From Monocercomonoides exilis PA203 (Eukaryota > Protista > Preaxostyla): a stretch of DNA of 64,000 bases. Every line of letters starts with the position of its first letter. Position 1 is the stretch's first letter. The stretch spans positions 496,001 through 560,000 of the forward strand of contig LSRY02000051.1 in assembly GCA_001643675.2 (NCBI GenBank), written 5' to 3'. Both the position numbers and the translations under genes were made by a program. A model generated the notes under the pieces. It saw nothing but the letters and a program-made list of their open reading frames with translations. It did not search any database and was not told where the DNA came from. Below are positions 24,291 to 38,300 of the stretch, in pieces.

Positions 24291-25077
24291 ATTTATTGCA
24301 AATAGGTTATCCATTCATCGCTTTTCCTTCGTTCAATTTTTTTCAAATTTTCACTTTCTTTTCTCCATTTACAAATTTCTACAATTAAATATTTTTAAGT
24401 GCTATTTATGAAAAACGTTTTTAAACAATATGCAATGCGTTCAAACAAAATATGTTTTTTCTATTCGACGAAAGAGGAGAGATATTTAGAAAGAGAGGAT
24501 AGCACCAAATTAAATTTTTAGTTGAAATAGATAAAAAAAGAGTACTTAACAATACTTTGGTCGCATCAACATTTGTTGCTTTTAGTTACTCTTGGTCTTA
24601 CAGAAGTTTAACACTAAAACTTCTGATCAGAAAAAGCATCATTATTCTTCATTCCAATTTCAAGTTTCTTAAAAATATCATCAATTGCAACATATTTCCC
24701 TGAAAGAGTATTGCTCATTGAAGGATTATCAACACAGTCGTATAAAACAATTTAAAAGAACCCGTTAAAAATCAAAACAAGCAAATATCTCAGCAATATG
24801 TCCAAACAGAAAGACATTGCTTGTTTGAGTTTCTCCACAGTATTTAACGTGTTGAGAATATGATTCGTCAGAAATGTCAGTTGCTGAACAATTCTGTTGG
24901 CACACTGACGGTAAATTACTTTGACATCCTTTTAATTCCTGTTAGCAATTTCTCATGCAAATGTCTTCTTATGGATTTGAAGCATCCTTTTGCGCTCCAA
25001 ACAATTTTTTATTAAATCTTTCTATTTGGAATTTTGCTTCTATTTTCTGTTTTTAACAATCCATTCGACTAGATCTT

Positions 25078-25779
25078 TCATTCTCTTTTCATTTTGGAAA
25101 CGTATTCAACCAAAGGAAGTTCTCTTTCAATTGAAGACAGTTCAGAAAAAGTTATTGATGCAAACTGTTTTAATTGGGAAATGTTAAGATTTAGAAGATA
25201 TCTTTCATCAGAAAAGCCAGATCTAGAACAATTTCTTCCTTTGCCATGTTTCGTTTCAAAAGCTCGTTAATTTCTGCTGTAATTTTCTTCTCAAAACGAA
25301 TTCTTTCAATGAGACTTGTTCTGTCCCGTGAGATACCGTTGAAATCTTTTTGCTTCACCTTTTCATAAGCTTTTCCCAATGGAGAGTCTTTTTCAAACAG
25401 TGAATAAGAATCAAGAATAGACAAAAAAGTGATGAAATCATGTTGAGATTGCAACAAAAGTGCTCTGCGCGTTTCAGGATCGTAAGGTAGCTGCTGACGA
25501 AGATATCCATTTAAAAATAAAACTGAAAGAAGTCGAACATCCATTGCCCCCAACTCAGATAACTCCAAAAACTCCTCTATTCAAATACAATCCCACATTT
25601 CTGCACATTGTATCGCATTGTTCAAGAATTTCTAAAGCTGACTTGATTTCCAAAGAAGTTGCAGAACGTGAAGAAACTTTTTGGTAAACGCGAAATGCTC
25701 TTGCAAACAATCGTTAAAGAGAAGGTGCATCTTCATTTTTTTTACTATCCTCTTGAATGATTGGGGCTTCATGACTCAT
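25078..25779 (-). pseudogene. TAP42: Disrupted TAP42/alpha4 (IGBP1) PP2A-regulator homologue
   Basis: Joining frames gives MSHEAP...PSL*RLFARAF...ALEILEQCDTMCRNVGLY / ELSELGAMDVRLLSVLFLNGYL...RRALLLQSQHDFITFLSILDSY...DRTSLIERIRFEKKI / SDERYLLNLNISQLKQFASITFSELSSIERELPLV, colinear with the TAP42 helical domain. In-frame TAA at 25716-25714, two frame changes (~25580, ~25230), and no visible C-terminal part. Confidence 0.65.
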
Positions 25780-25944
25780 GACGTATTAATCAGTCCAATC
25801 GAGAAAAAAAACATAAGAATTTTCTTTTTAATTATTAATGGTATCAACTCCAGTTCAGCAAAAGAAAATGAAGCATCATATGCATTCATTAAAATCATGT
25901 TATTTACGTTTTCATAATAAATCATTATACCATAATGATTTTCA

Positions 25945-26296
25945 ATGGCATCTATTTATTTATGTCCAATAATTTTATTGGTCGTTAACGCAGTTCTAGG
26001 AGTCCTTATTATACTGGCATCCATCTTTGGAGATGTCATGGCAGGAGGGCCGATTACTTATCTTCAGAATTTGTCATCGCAAGGTAATTTCCAGGCAGGA
26101 GTCATTTTTCTGATTGGTGCCATATTGATTTACGTGTTCATGTTTGTCTTTTTTTATCTAATTATAAATATGCCAGCAATTGATTATAACTCGAAAATTT
26201 TTATTTAGACGAGTCGTGAATCCATCCTTTGAACCGAAAATTAAAAAGAGACAAAAAAAAGTTATTCGCCAAGCTATTCCACGTAAAAGATTGTGA
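25945..26296 (+). CDS. Small two-TM membrane protein, 2 exons; weak resemblance to RNASEK/V-ATPase subunit f
   Basis: Two hydrophobic segments in MASIYLCPIILLVVNAVLGVLIILASIFG...GNFQAGVIFLIGAILIYVFI. A GTTTGT...TTAG intron (~26142-26208) adds the basic tail RVVNPSFEPKIKKRQKKVIRQAIPRKRL*. Confidence 0.55.
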
Positions 26297-27008
26297 AATT
26301 ATGAAGCACATTCCATCCCCTTTGTTTTATTAGCTTTATCTTTTCAACGATTCGACTTTTCATATCACTCAATATTTTTTGTTATGTATTCTCCATTCTC
26401 CCTTCACATGGATTTTTCTCGAATGTGTTGTTTTGTATGATTTTTTATTTTGCAAAATGGTAGTCAAATGAAACAACGCGGTTAATGAACAAGATACATT
26501 TGTATAATTCTTTAATGAAATTTGCATGTAAATGAAATGAAGCAAAGAAATAATAACATAATATATTCTTTTTGAGAATTTTTTTTTTGGCAATGTGAAT
26601 ATGCAGGCAAATTGATATAATGTCGAAGCGAAATTATTCTTCGTTTAATGTAATAATATTTATTAAATGATATTTTATCTCAAAATTTTTTTGTTTTGAA
26701 AAGAGGAAATATAAAATAATAAAATAATTCAGAAAATTATTATTTTTCGCAAAATACTCATTTTGCGTTCAAATTTCACATGAACAAATGAAGTTATTAC
26801 AATTTCCTTCACCTTGATATGATTGGACCATCAGTAATTTCATTCCTTTCTGCAATTGTTTTCTGAAATTAAAATGTTACCAATTTCATTGAATTTGTTT
26901 CTTCTTTTTGTTCTTCTTTTTGTTCTTCCGAATTTCAAAATCTGTTTTTTCCTCCTGCCCTTTAAGAGTTTTCATCATCTCTATATGGTGGAAAATATCT
27001 GCTTTCAT

Positions 27009-27046
<38 letters not shown>

Positions 27047-27974
27047 ACGAATCATGAAAGCTTTGTTTCACTCAAAACTTTATCAAGCTTTCTCTAATCA
27101 AAAAATAAATTGGGTTTACATATCTGTAAACTTGGTCTTTGAAATGATAACTCAATTATTTGAAACATAATTAGTATTAAAAAAACATACACGTTTTGTT
27201 CGAATTGTTTGATCACAAAAAGTTCATACACAGTGCAAAATTTTTCTTTGAAAATGCTTGAAGTGCAATGTTTAACCACACTTGGTTTTTTTATTCATCA
27301 TGCAATTTCTATCATATTTTTTTTAAAAAAAACTGTAGAATGTGCACAAAATACCTAACAATATTGGTTTTTCTATTACTGCAAGAGGAATTATTCCAAC
27401 AATTTTTATTAAAATATATCTCATCAATAAAAACTCAGTTGATATACTAGACTTTCATTTTCATGTCGAATGAACTTTTTAATAAATTTTTTTTCGTAAT
27501 ATCGGAGAAACTCAAAATCATATTTCTCTGAGATTTCAATTATAATTTTATTAAATAGTCTGTTTTAATGAAAATGATAGTCTTGTTTATTAACTGAGCT
27601 TGTTTTGTTAGGATAAATTTTTAGAAAAATTGTCAGAATTATTCCTCTTGTAGTTGTCGAAAAATCTATCTTCTCCTGTATTTTGTGCACATTCAACATT
27701 TGTTTTGACATTTTGAATTCATCCCTTTTCAAGAAAACAAAATCAACAATTATTGTTGAATTTTTTTTTGCAACACATTTTTTTTAGAAAAAATTTGTTT
27801 ATAAAAAAATTATCAAAAAAATTCACTTAGATGTGGAAATAATTCATTTCGTTATCGTGACCAGAAAAAAACGTTGATGTCAAAAATAATCACAAGCATT
27901 TTCAAAAGTTCTATTTTTTTTCAACTGTCTTTTAGAAAGATTTCATGAATGCAAATGGGTGAGTTATTATCCCG

Positions 27975-29700
27975 AACGTTGAAAAATCCGGACTTTTTTT
28001 AATAAAAAGTTTATTTTAAAACATTTTTAATTTTTTGTTTTGTTTTTGGTATTTCAGAAAAAATCAGTGATAGAAATTCTTGATTAAAAAGCAATATCCA
28101 ATCCACAATGGGGAGAGATAATGTGGTTAGCTCCTTTGTTTCTGATTTGTGCCTCCCCTGAGGAGATAAGGTCGTTGCAAGGGGGATCATAGGTTGGAAT
28201 TAAATCAAAAGAGAAATATATTTTAAGTTATTATTTTTTCACATATTTAAATAATATTTTTCAAAAAATTATTAAAGATTTAATCCAAAACTTTATAACA
28301 TAAACACAATGTTAAACAAAAAAGTATGTGGCTGGTCAATTCTTTGAGAAAAAATGATGACTTTTGAGTGTCGAAGAATGGATAATTGCTCAGAATGCAT
28401 GGTAATCATCATTGTTGATGTCCATATTCGAATCGTTGATGAAATCGATACCAAAGGGTTCTCACATTCTTCAGTTGTCAGAGCATTCTCTGTAGTTGAG
28501 GCAGACAGAGCTGTTTGAAAAGTCGGAAGGCCAGAACAGTTCAATGAAGATGACAAAAATGCAATGGTTTAAGAAGAAAAATAAGAAAGTTTATCAGGAA
28601 CAAGTTTGAATATAAAAGAACAAGAGAATTTGTTTGTTTTCATCTAATTTTTTCTTTAGTTTTAAAAAATAAATATTTTTCTAATGGAATCAGTCCTTAC
28701 TGACAAAAATAGACGTTCAGAAACTGAAGTTGATGAAAACATCAGGAAATCAAATGCACATCCAAATTTGTTTGCAAAAAAGAATTCAGAGCTTATAACC
28801 TCCATGCCAAGAAACGAAGATATCCATCATTTTTCAGTTTTTTACCAAAAAACTCTTCTTGTTTTCTATGAGCTTCTTCAAGTTCTTATCAGTTGACATC
28901 ATTGTTCACACTTTTTGATCTTCAACACTGATGTATTTTAACTTCTTCTATTTGATATCTTTAAAACTCTTGTGATTCACTCTTCAGGAGTTTTAGCCGG
29001 ATTCCGTGAAATTTTGTAAAACATGCCAAATGCCACTTTGGTTGTTGCAGCTGATGCAAATGGATAATTTCTCATAAGCGTTGTGTTGTGTACATGCAAT
29101 TAATTACCAAAGGAAATGCGAGTTCTTCTGAGCGCAGGCATTGATGTTTGGGATAACAACGATAAATGGATAATGGAAAGCATATTTCAAAGATTCGCAG
29201 AAGAGGTTTTCTTAACTGGAATAATCAAAAGAAGGAAAATATTAATGAAAACCTATGAGAGATGTCTTCTTCTTTTAAATTCTCACTCTACTCGGGCTCA
29301 GCCTGACGTATGGCAGAAATTTGCGGATCACAACATTGACGTCGTCACTTTCATTCCTCACAGTTCACACATCACATAACCTTTTGATTGTGGTGTGTTT
29401 GCAGTATTCAAAAAATGCATCAACTCCCTATACTCCGTACCTCCAGATTCTTCCATTTCTCTTCGACGTGAGGCCATCTCCAACGTTCTTTTACAAGCTC
29501 TTCAGACGGCATTTCTTCCAGCAATTGTTGTTTCTTCGTTCAAGAAATCCGATGCGCTTTCGAACGATGTGCATTCAGTTTTATCAACACTTCCGAAGGA
29601 GCCTTCATTGACGCTGAAAAAGAGAACACATAGGTTTGAATTTTTTTTACAAAAATTATAACTTAACAAAATTTTTTTAAAGAATGGAAAAAAGAAAAGA
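27975..29700 (+). mobile_element. Decayed pogo/Fot1-like (DDE_1) transposon
   Basis: CLLLLNSHSTR...NIDVVTFIPHSSHIT*PFDCGVFAVFK matches the DDE_1 motifs LLLLDGH.SH and LP.H.SH.LQP.D.GVF..FK, with D>N and Q>stop. Upstream KVGRP...(HTH region) at ~28520 has several stops. A TIR-like motif lies at 27975-27996. No right end found. Confidence 0.8.
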
Positions 29701-30087
29701 AAATGAAAGAAGACATGAAAAGAAAAGAAAAGATAAACGAAAACGAAGAAAAAATACTTTTCGCGGCTGAAATGTCTAATTAAACAGTTGATTTCACAAA
29801 TCCCTAATTGTGAATGATGATGTTTTGGATGATGAATCAAAGCAGAAAAATTCCAGAAAATGTGTGTTAAAAGAATTTGTAGTTAATATGGCTAATTTTT
29901 TATGAGATCATAAAATTGTTGCATCGTTGATCTTTTATGAGTAATTTTTTTTTTGTTGTATAAAATTTTCATTAAAAAAATGTATTTGAAAATCAAAAGA
30001 GAGATCGTTGTAAGACTTGATAACATGCAACTGATCGATGACATTATAAAAAAAAATTTGAATGAAAAAATGTTATGGTAAATTTGA

Positions 30088-33000
30088 TTATTCAATTATC
30101 TTTTTTCCCCGAAAGTGAATGGATCGGAGAAGATAAGAGAAAATGGACGTTTCATTGAGAATAATGGATATTATTTTTCTCGACAACAAGGTTAGTGACA
30201 GCGGGGAATTGATGATGGAACTAGGCAAGATGATTTTCAAGAAAAGCATCTTGGAAGGAAATGCAGCAATATGTTTATCGAATGAAAATATTAACCTGTT
30301 TGCTTTTTTAATGGTTTTTGTTCTTTTTAAAGATATTACCATCTGTGGCCTTCTCAGAGGCAAGAATCTGATAAATTGTATAAATGGCCATTCCTTTGCT
30401 TTTCTGAGGAGAACATAAGAAGTGAGCTGTGCAGAGAGACAATCAGTAGATAGGAATTGCATATTTTAATATTCGGAAAAGAGAGAGGATAAAAACAAAT
30501 TCGATTTCAAAGTATTTGGTTGAGAATGAAACGGAGAATGTCTTCAATTGAACAGCTTTTAGAAAGAATAAAATTCGGAGATGTTTTTTTCAGAAAAAAA
30601 AATGGATGACAACGTCGAAAGCAGGATATTTATGAGGGAATAAAGGAAGACGGAGAAAGAAGCACTGAGAAACAATGGAAAAGGAGATTGACAGCATCAG
30701 TGATTGGACAATCCTCTGCATTTGCGATAGAAAGGAAAGGTGTGTTCTTTTGAGGAATTTTTCCAATCAATGCAAAACTAATTATTTTTTAAAATTTTTC
30801 AATTTTTTTTTTCATTCCATTCAACAGCATTTTTTTATGTTGAACGTCATTCTTGAAGACAAACCATTTCAATCAGCATTTTTGCGAATTATGTTGTTTC
30901 TTCTCCTTCTCCTTCGATTTCTTTATTCATAGTTTTTTCATTTGACTGATGGAAAAAGACATTCTTCGTATTTGAGAATTTGACCGAAAAGTATTTAAAT
31001 TCTCATGTGGCAACAAAAAAATCTACCTTCTCTTTCTGCTATTGGCTGTAATGAAATTCGATTCTATGCAACATGTCAGCAATTTCACAATTGAGTTTTG
31101 TTCGCCTTTGTTGTTCAACTTCCTCCAGAAGAGCTCCATCCAACTCACTTCATTTCATTTCTCTTTCAGCTTCTCTTTCTTCTTTCGTTTTTTCTTCATT
31201 CCTGCTTCTGCAAGAGTATTGTTTGCGAAAGCAGTCTTTGTCTTTCATTCTGATCATTCGGCATTTATTTCTTCTTCATCTTCAAATTCTCCTTCATCGA
31301 CTTCTTCTTCTTATCTATCGTCTTCGTATTCAAAATCTTCTTCGTGGCAATCGTCTTCTCCTTTGCAAATATCTTCAACAAATTCAAATGTAGTTTGAAT
31401 TTTAAATACCAATAAATCAGCGTCATTTTCTGTTTATGTCAAGAAGTATTAGACAATCACTCAAAATTAAGCCAATTTTTCTTGAGAAAACACAACGTTG
31501 TTAAGTTGAGTCAATCTGTCCATCATAATAATGGAGATAATGAAATTTTGCTTCAACTGAAATAAACTTATCGAAAACTATTTGTTGACTAACAAACGAT
31601 TCACAATAACATCGTCCTCCTTCAACAAAAACATTTTCGAATTTTTTATAGATTTTTTTTGATTCCCTATTATATTTATCTTCTTCGCCTTCTTCTTCTT
31701 CACCTCCTCCTTCTCCTTCTTCATCATTTTATTCATTTTCTTCTTCTTCAAATCCTTCAACATCTTCTGCATCTTGTCATTTCCCTCCATCTGTGCTATC
31801 TTCAACTTCGTTCCAATTTTCTTCTTTAACTCATTCAATGCCATTTTCGCTCATTTGACATTGGGACAGAGTCTCGATCTTCTGATGTATTTATCACATT
31901 CAATTCTGCAGAGATGTAAAATTAAACTGAAAATTGCTTCATTTCTTTTTCTTCTCAACGTTCAAAAATTAATTGTGACCTCATTTCATTTTTTATTCGC
32001 CATTCTCGTGATGAGAAAAAGCCGTCCAGACGAATTTATTTAATGTCATTTTCATTGGATTCTTCTTCTTCCTCTTCTTCTTCTTCTTCGATGAACAACT
32101 AAAAATAGCCTTTTCATTTCATTCAACTCCCGTAAATTTAGTGCAAAGCGTCATTTTTCATTTCAACTCAGAAAGACGAAAGGAATATTCGTTCAATCAC
32201 AGAATAGCAGCTGAAATAAATGAAAATGAAAGAGATATTATGGTGGGCAAAGAAAAGAAGGGAAACATTCATGAAATAAGAAAAGGAGGATGCCTTTCAC
32301 TCATTTTTCAGGGATGAAGGAGACGCAGATGAAAAGATGATAATTTTGAAACAATTCGAGTTTGGAGGTGAATAACGACGGAGATGACCTTCGAGAGATT
32401 TCTCCATTACAACGTGAATTCTCCTTTGATGTGAGTGAATTTCTTGTGAATGTCTCCGACTGAGCTAACTCTCGCTTGTATTTCTTCATTTTCAGCTTCT
32501 GCTTCTGCTACTTCATCTTCATTTTGCTGATCACTCCTTCAATGAAATATCTTTGATGGCCTTCTTTGAATGCTTCAGGATGCGCAGCAAAGACGAGCAA
32601 TAGGAGACATCTTAACAATCACAGAAGTGCAAGAGCGAGTAACCTCTTCACATTCCAATTTTTCAGTGCGTTCTCATTCAATTCTCGCACATCAACCAAA
32701 AATCGGGAGGAAACCTAGATGAAATGGAAGTTGATGACGACGAATGCGAAGAAGACGAAAATGACGAAAAAGAAGAGGAGGAGGATGAAGAAGAGGAAGA
32801 GGAAGAGGAAACAAAAGAAGAAAGAGATGATATGGGCTTGAAAAAAGACACACACAACAAAACATTCCCGCATCCAAAAAAGCCAAAGGAACATACAAAA
32901 GCAGTTAAAGAATATAACTGGGAATGAATTATGTGACACATTTGGCGAGCTTGAAAAGTTGCCAGGGTCATTTTGTGAGGAAGAAACTCTGCCTCTTCTG

Positions 33001-35050
33001 CCACCTTTGGGAGAACAGAGGGAAGAAGGCGGGGAAGAGAAGAGAGGAGCTACAAAACATCGTCTTCTTGGTTGGAACAATGACATTCGGAATTACATGA
33101 AAAGAGGGAATATGATGAATGAGCATCCTTCTTCTTCTTCTTCTTCTCCTTCTTCGCCATCTTCACCATCATCCGCTTCAAATTCATTGAATATTGGGGG
33201 TCAGCCTCATTTTGAGCATCCAAGCAGCAGTGCTTCTGTTGTGATTCAACAAGAAGAATGCAAACAAATTCCTCTATCATCGTCGTCTTCTTCTTCTTAT
33301 TCTTCTTCTTCATATTTTTCTTCTTATATGATCTCGAATTCGAGTAATTGTGATTGTGATTGCAATTGTTTCTATCTAGCAGCACACAATTTGAGAGTGT
33401 CTCCCACACGTCAATGCTGTCGAAGATTCCCTTTTGGAGCACTTGTGAAGGCTCTGATTGCTCTTGTGTGCAGATGCCTTCTCCGCCTCCGCACTCTTCA
33501 GATGCACTGCCTCTTCCTCCTCTTCATCTTCCTCCTCTTCATCTTCTTCGCTTTAATTTTCCTCAGCATTTTCATCACCATTATGGATATCGTCACTTTC
33601 TCCTCCATCGACGTCATCTTCCTTCGCATCATCTTCTTCAATCACAGTCTGTTTCATGTCTCCATTCGGATGATTATCTTCGTTTGACTCAGCCACACCC
33701 AAATGTTTGCTGTTTGATGAGCAATGTTAATTTTTTGGGAGAGTTGAGAAATGAAAAAGAAAATGGACCAAAAGGAGATGAGAAAGAAAAAGGAGCAGAG
33801 AAATAGCAGAAGGATAATATAATTATGAAGAAGGAAAAGAAGAAGAAGAAGAAGAATATTCAGAGAGGAGGAGAACTTCAGAGAAGAGAAAGGAGAAGGA
33901 GAAAATTGGATTGATGATTGATGATTGGACTGTGAAAGAGGAAAGGGAAAAGCAGAAACGGAAATATTGATTTTATTTCTCCGATGGGTTCTATTTCTCC
34001 GAAATCTTCATCTTCTTCCTTCTTTCTTCTTCCTCGTCTGATTCATCACCAATTTCAACATCAAAAGAAGCAAGATTATCTTCAATGCATTCTTTTCTTC
34101 ATCTTTTTTCTTCTCTTCCTTCTTCCTCCTTCTCATCTTCATCATCGTCATCTGTTTCTTGTTCTTCTTTGCAACATTCTGCATCGCCATCTCATTCATC
34201 CTCTCAAACAATACAGCTTTCCTCTGCCTTCGAGCAATATAACATCTATTTCTCTTCTTCTTCTTCTTTTTCCTGTTGTCTCACCGATATTAGAGGCAAT
34301 GCAAATCGTGTAATTGCTCTTCTGTTGTCTCTTCGTTTCCAACAACCACATGCATTATTTGCAATGTTTGCATTTTGTGTTTGTTTTGTTTTCATTTTGT
34401 GATCGTTTTTGGATGGAATTGGCAGAGCTGCAGACAATTTGTGAGGAACATTTTGGATGCTGACAGGGGCTCATCTTCATCAAAAGAGCAGAGAATGCAA
34501 ACGGCTGAAGGCAGAGCAGAAGAACAGCAGCTGGCTGTTGCTCCGATCGAGGAAAATGGAAGCGAAGTTTATGTGTCTTCTTTGTTGGCATGGGAAATTA
34601 TTAAAAGAGGAACTGTCTTTCTCTTCCTCGACGACGACCGGAAATTCGCCCGTTTTGGAAGGAATTGGGGCAATCATTTTGTACGAGCATTGAATGAAGA
34701 TGTGTTTGAGGTGAATTCTGTTGAGCTGCTGAATGAAGATATGCGAGCAGAGGGCGAAAGAGAAATTGGAGCCTTTGAGAGTTTCGGAGATGGTGCTGAT
34801 GAATAACAGGAAAAAAAAAATCATCATTCATTGAGTTTTGTGAGCCATGCGATTGATGAGATGCTCGTCGTCGAGGAAGAAGAAGAAGATGATGATGATG
34901 AGGAAAGCTGTTGGAGGGAGAGAAGCCATTTGGTTTGTTCATTGGATGAGGAGCAGCTTCAATGTCAGCAAGGCCAAATCATTGTTTGGTATCTATCAGC
35001 TTGGCGGAGCAGATGAGTCGCTTTCAGCATTGGTTGTGGCAAAAAGGAAG
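30088..35050 (-). pseudogene. Degenerate low-complexity (Ser/Glu/Lys-rich) coding-like tract, unassigned
   Basis: Many short overlapping ORFs with (TCT/TCA/GAA)n tracts, broken by stops and frameshifts. No recognisable domain. Strand and limits are uncertain. Confidence 0.3.
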
Positions 35051-35322
35051 CATCTCTTTTTTGAACGAAAAAAGAAGATTTGTTTGTGGAGATAAAATAA
35101 TGAATGAAAGAAAAGGATTAAAGATGAAGAAAATGCGTTCACTGAAACTAAAGAAAAAATGTTTCGAGTATATTGCTGAACAAATTTGATGTCGATTTGA
35201 GAAGTTTCCACACTTTAATTGAAAATATTTTTCTTTTTTGAGGTTAGTAGTTATCAATTAAAAAATAATCCTTTTGATCATTTTCATATTTCTTCAATAA
35301 TTTTTTTCTCAACAAATTCTTT

Positions 35323-38300
35323 ATGAACATTCTTCCAGAATACACATTATCAAGAAGGGCAAAAGCTCTTTGGGAAGAAACAAAAAGAATTGGTGGAAAT
35401 AATGTTGAAGAACTCCTTATCTACTTTTTTACAAAGCTCAAAGATGCGGAAGATACAATGAAAAGAATAAGGAAAATGCTGAACGGTCTGAAAAATAAAC
35501 ACTTAACATAGTTTTTTTTTCATTGATGATTTGCTGTATATTTTTTTATAATGCCAACTTCACAGAACCGTATTTTACCTTAATTGAAGACTTAGCCATT
35601 GTTTACAATTCTGCTCAGAAGCACACTCAAACGATGCTTTTACAAGCTCTTACCAAATGCTCATCGTTAAAAAGATTAGAAGATTGCGGATTCGATGTTA
35701 CTCAAGGGAAAATAAATCACGCCAAACAAACTTTGAAAAAAAACCTCAACAAAGTTGAAAAGCCACTCGAATCAGTTATTCCTCCAAAAAGAAAAGGTTC
35801 GAACGTATTAACTCTTTCCATTAATTATCATTAAACTCATTTTTTGTTATTCGTTGCAGGATTAAGCGAAATAGAATGGAAGACAGGGAATAAATGGATG
35901 ATGAATCATTCAACAGAATTATCTTCAACTGTTTCAATTCGTAGAAAAAAGAAAAAAGCAACTGACGAAGAAGAATTTTTAGATGAAAATGCTTGGAATG
36001 ATCTCATGATTATTAATACTGAATGCAGCGATCTTAATCCGAAACAACAACAGAACGAAAAAGTGATTTCTTCCATCAACAAGAAATGTGAAATCACATA
36101 TCTTGCTGAAGTTTCCAACAAATCAGAAAGAGATCATCTATGTAGTTGCTCAAATGAAAACATATTTTCAGATGGCTGGAGGAGGTTTGACGAAAAGAAA
36201 AAACTGGGATATTCAACAGTAAAACTTGAAAGGAATTCTTCTCTTAAAAATGATGGATTGTCAATGAACTTATCTAATTCCCTTCTTCCTTATGATTCAT
36301 TTCCTTCGGATTGTAAATGCTCAATCGATTACCAAAGCGATGGAGATGCAAATGTGATGACATACTCGGAAGTGTTCCAATCTCCTCCGCTTTTTCCTAA
36401 AGATTTATTTACATATAACTTCTCAATAAATTCTTTTATGAACAAAAAGTCCGTTTGTTTGAGCCGAGAGGATATATCTGGTGAATTGAAAGAACAAAAT
36501 TCAAATGAATCAAACAATATCCATCCGCAAGAAACTGACTTTGAATTCGAAACAACAAGTGTTTTCAGCAATTGCGATAAGAAATATCAACGATTTCTGT
36601 TTGATAAATCCAACTTCGATCAAGATGTTTTAACCAGTCAAACACTCTTTTATTCCTCTTCATCTTTCCCAACTGACTTCAATAAATCAGTTTTTTCTTC
36701 AAAAGATAACATTTATCACTCATTATCCTCAAAGGAATTGCTTAATAATTCAGTATTTGATGACTTTTGCATTAAAAGGGATAATCAAATCCATGGAAAC
36801 AACATCAACCACCACCATTTTGGACTTCCTAATTTAGGCAACACCTGTTACATAGCTTCAATTCTTCAATGTGTCGCATCTTCAATTCAGTTTCATCCAC
36901 TTCAATATCATGAAAACAAAATGGATAATTTATCATCATCGTTGGCGAGAATTTGTAACAATCTAAATGATCACGACTCAATTCCTGATCAGTGGAATAA
37001 TGACACAATTGATAAATGGGATCAACACTGCAATTATGGTCATCGTGAACAACAAAATGCAGTTGAAGCATTTCAAAAGTTCGAAGCATTATTTGTTTTC
37101 AATGGATTATGTGACGAAAACCATTTTAAACCAAAAATATCTCGATTCACTCAGTGTTCAAAATGCAACCATATTAGTGAGGTCCAAGAAAAAAGATCTT
37201 CAACATTCTTCATCAACGGTGGATCAATCTTGAATGGCTTGAAAAGAGAACTCACCAGAGAGAACTTGTCAGAAAACAATTTGTACCAATGTCCTATTTG
37301 CAATTCTTTATGTCCATCAAGTCGTTGGGCCAGATTTACTCTGTTTCCAAAAGTTTTGGCATTATCCCACATTTGCACTCATCCAACAACGGCAGTTCCT
37401 CCAGAATTAGTTACATTCAAATACAATTCGGAAAAAGACAAACTCAACTTTTTTGTGAAAAACAGTTATATGGAAAACAAATTGCATTTTTCTAATCAGG
37501 ATGCTTTGATAAAATACTTTCTTGTGGGGCAAGTATTATATAAAAAAACCGGAGTGAACTCAGGTCATTATATAGCAATAGTTCGGAAAAATACCAATGG
37601 TCAAAAGAATTGGATAATTTGCAACGATTCTTCTGTTGTTCATATTTCTGATGAAAACTTCTACAATTCTTGGCTAGTCGTTGCGAAATCTGGATATATG
37701 CCAGCCATGACGTTCTTTGCGAAAGAAAATTATAACAATTTTTGTATTTCAATTTTGAAGGGAGGAACAGACAAGCCTGGCACCCAGAAGAAGAAAAGTT
37801 CGTCTATATCTCTTATTGAACTTAAAGGAGCAATTCAGAGAGCAAAATATGATTTTGCATTTTCATTTCAATCAACTTTGAAACCGCTTCATCATTATTC
37901 AAAATCACATCACAATCCACTTCCAATATTCTCACCGAACGAAAAACGCTTGATATTTGCTCCAAAAACGAAACTGTGGGAAAACTTCACAAAGGAAACA
38001 AACATCAACATCTCTTTTTCACACTTTTATAGATTGACAATTCAATTTCAAAAAGCCAAAAGACGAACAGATCTTTGCGGGCTATGTCAAAAATTGGAAC
38101 AGTTGGAAAAGAAAAAAGCTGCGTTACCTGAGGGAAAATATTTCAACACAGAGCAGTCAAAAACTTTGAATTTACTTAAACATCACAAACAAATGGCTGG
38201 ATGGCAAAGAGTGCATTTTCGGAATACTGTGGAAAGTCTTTCGGACAATGAGGTCATATGCCTGTTTGATTTTAAAGAAAAGTGGAAGCTTCCGATTCGA

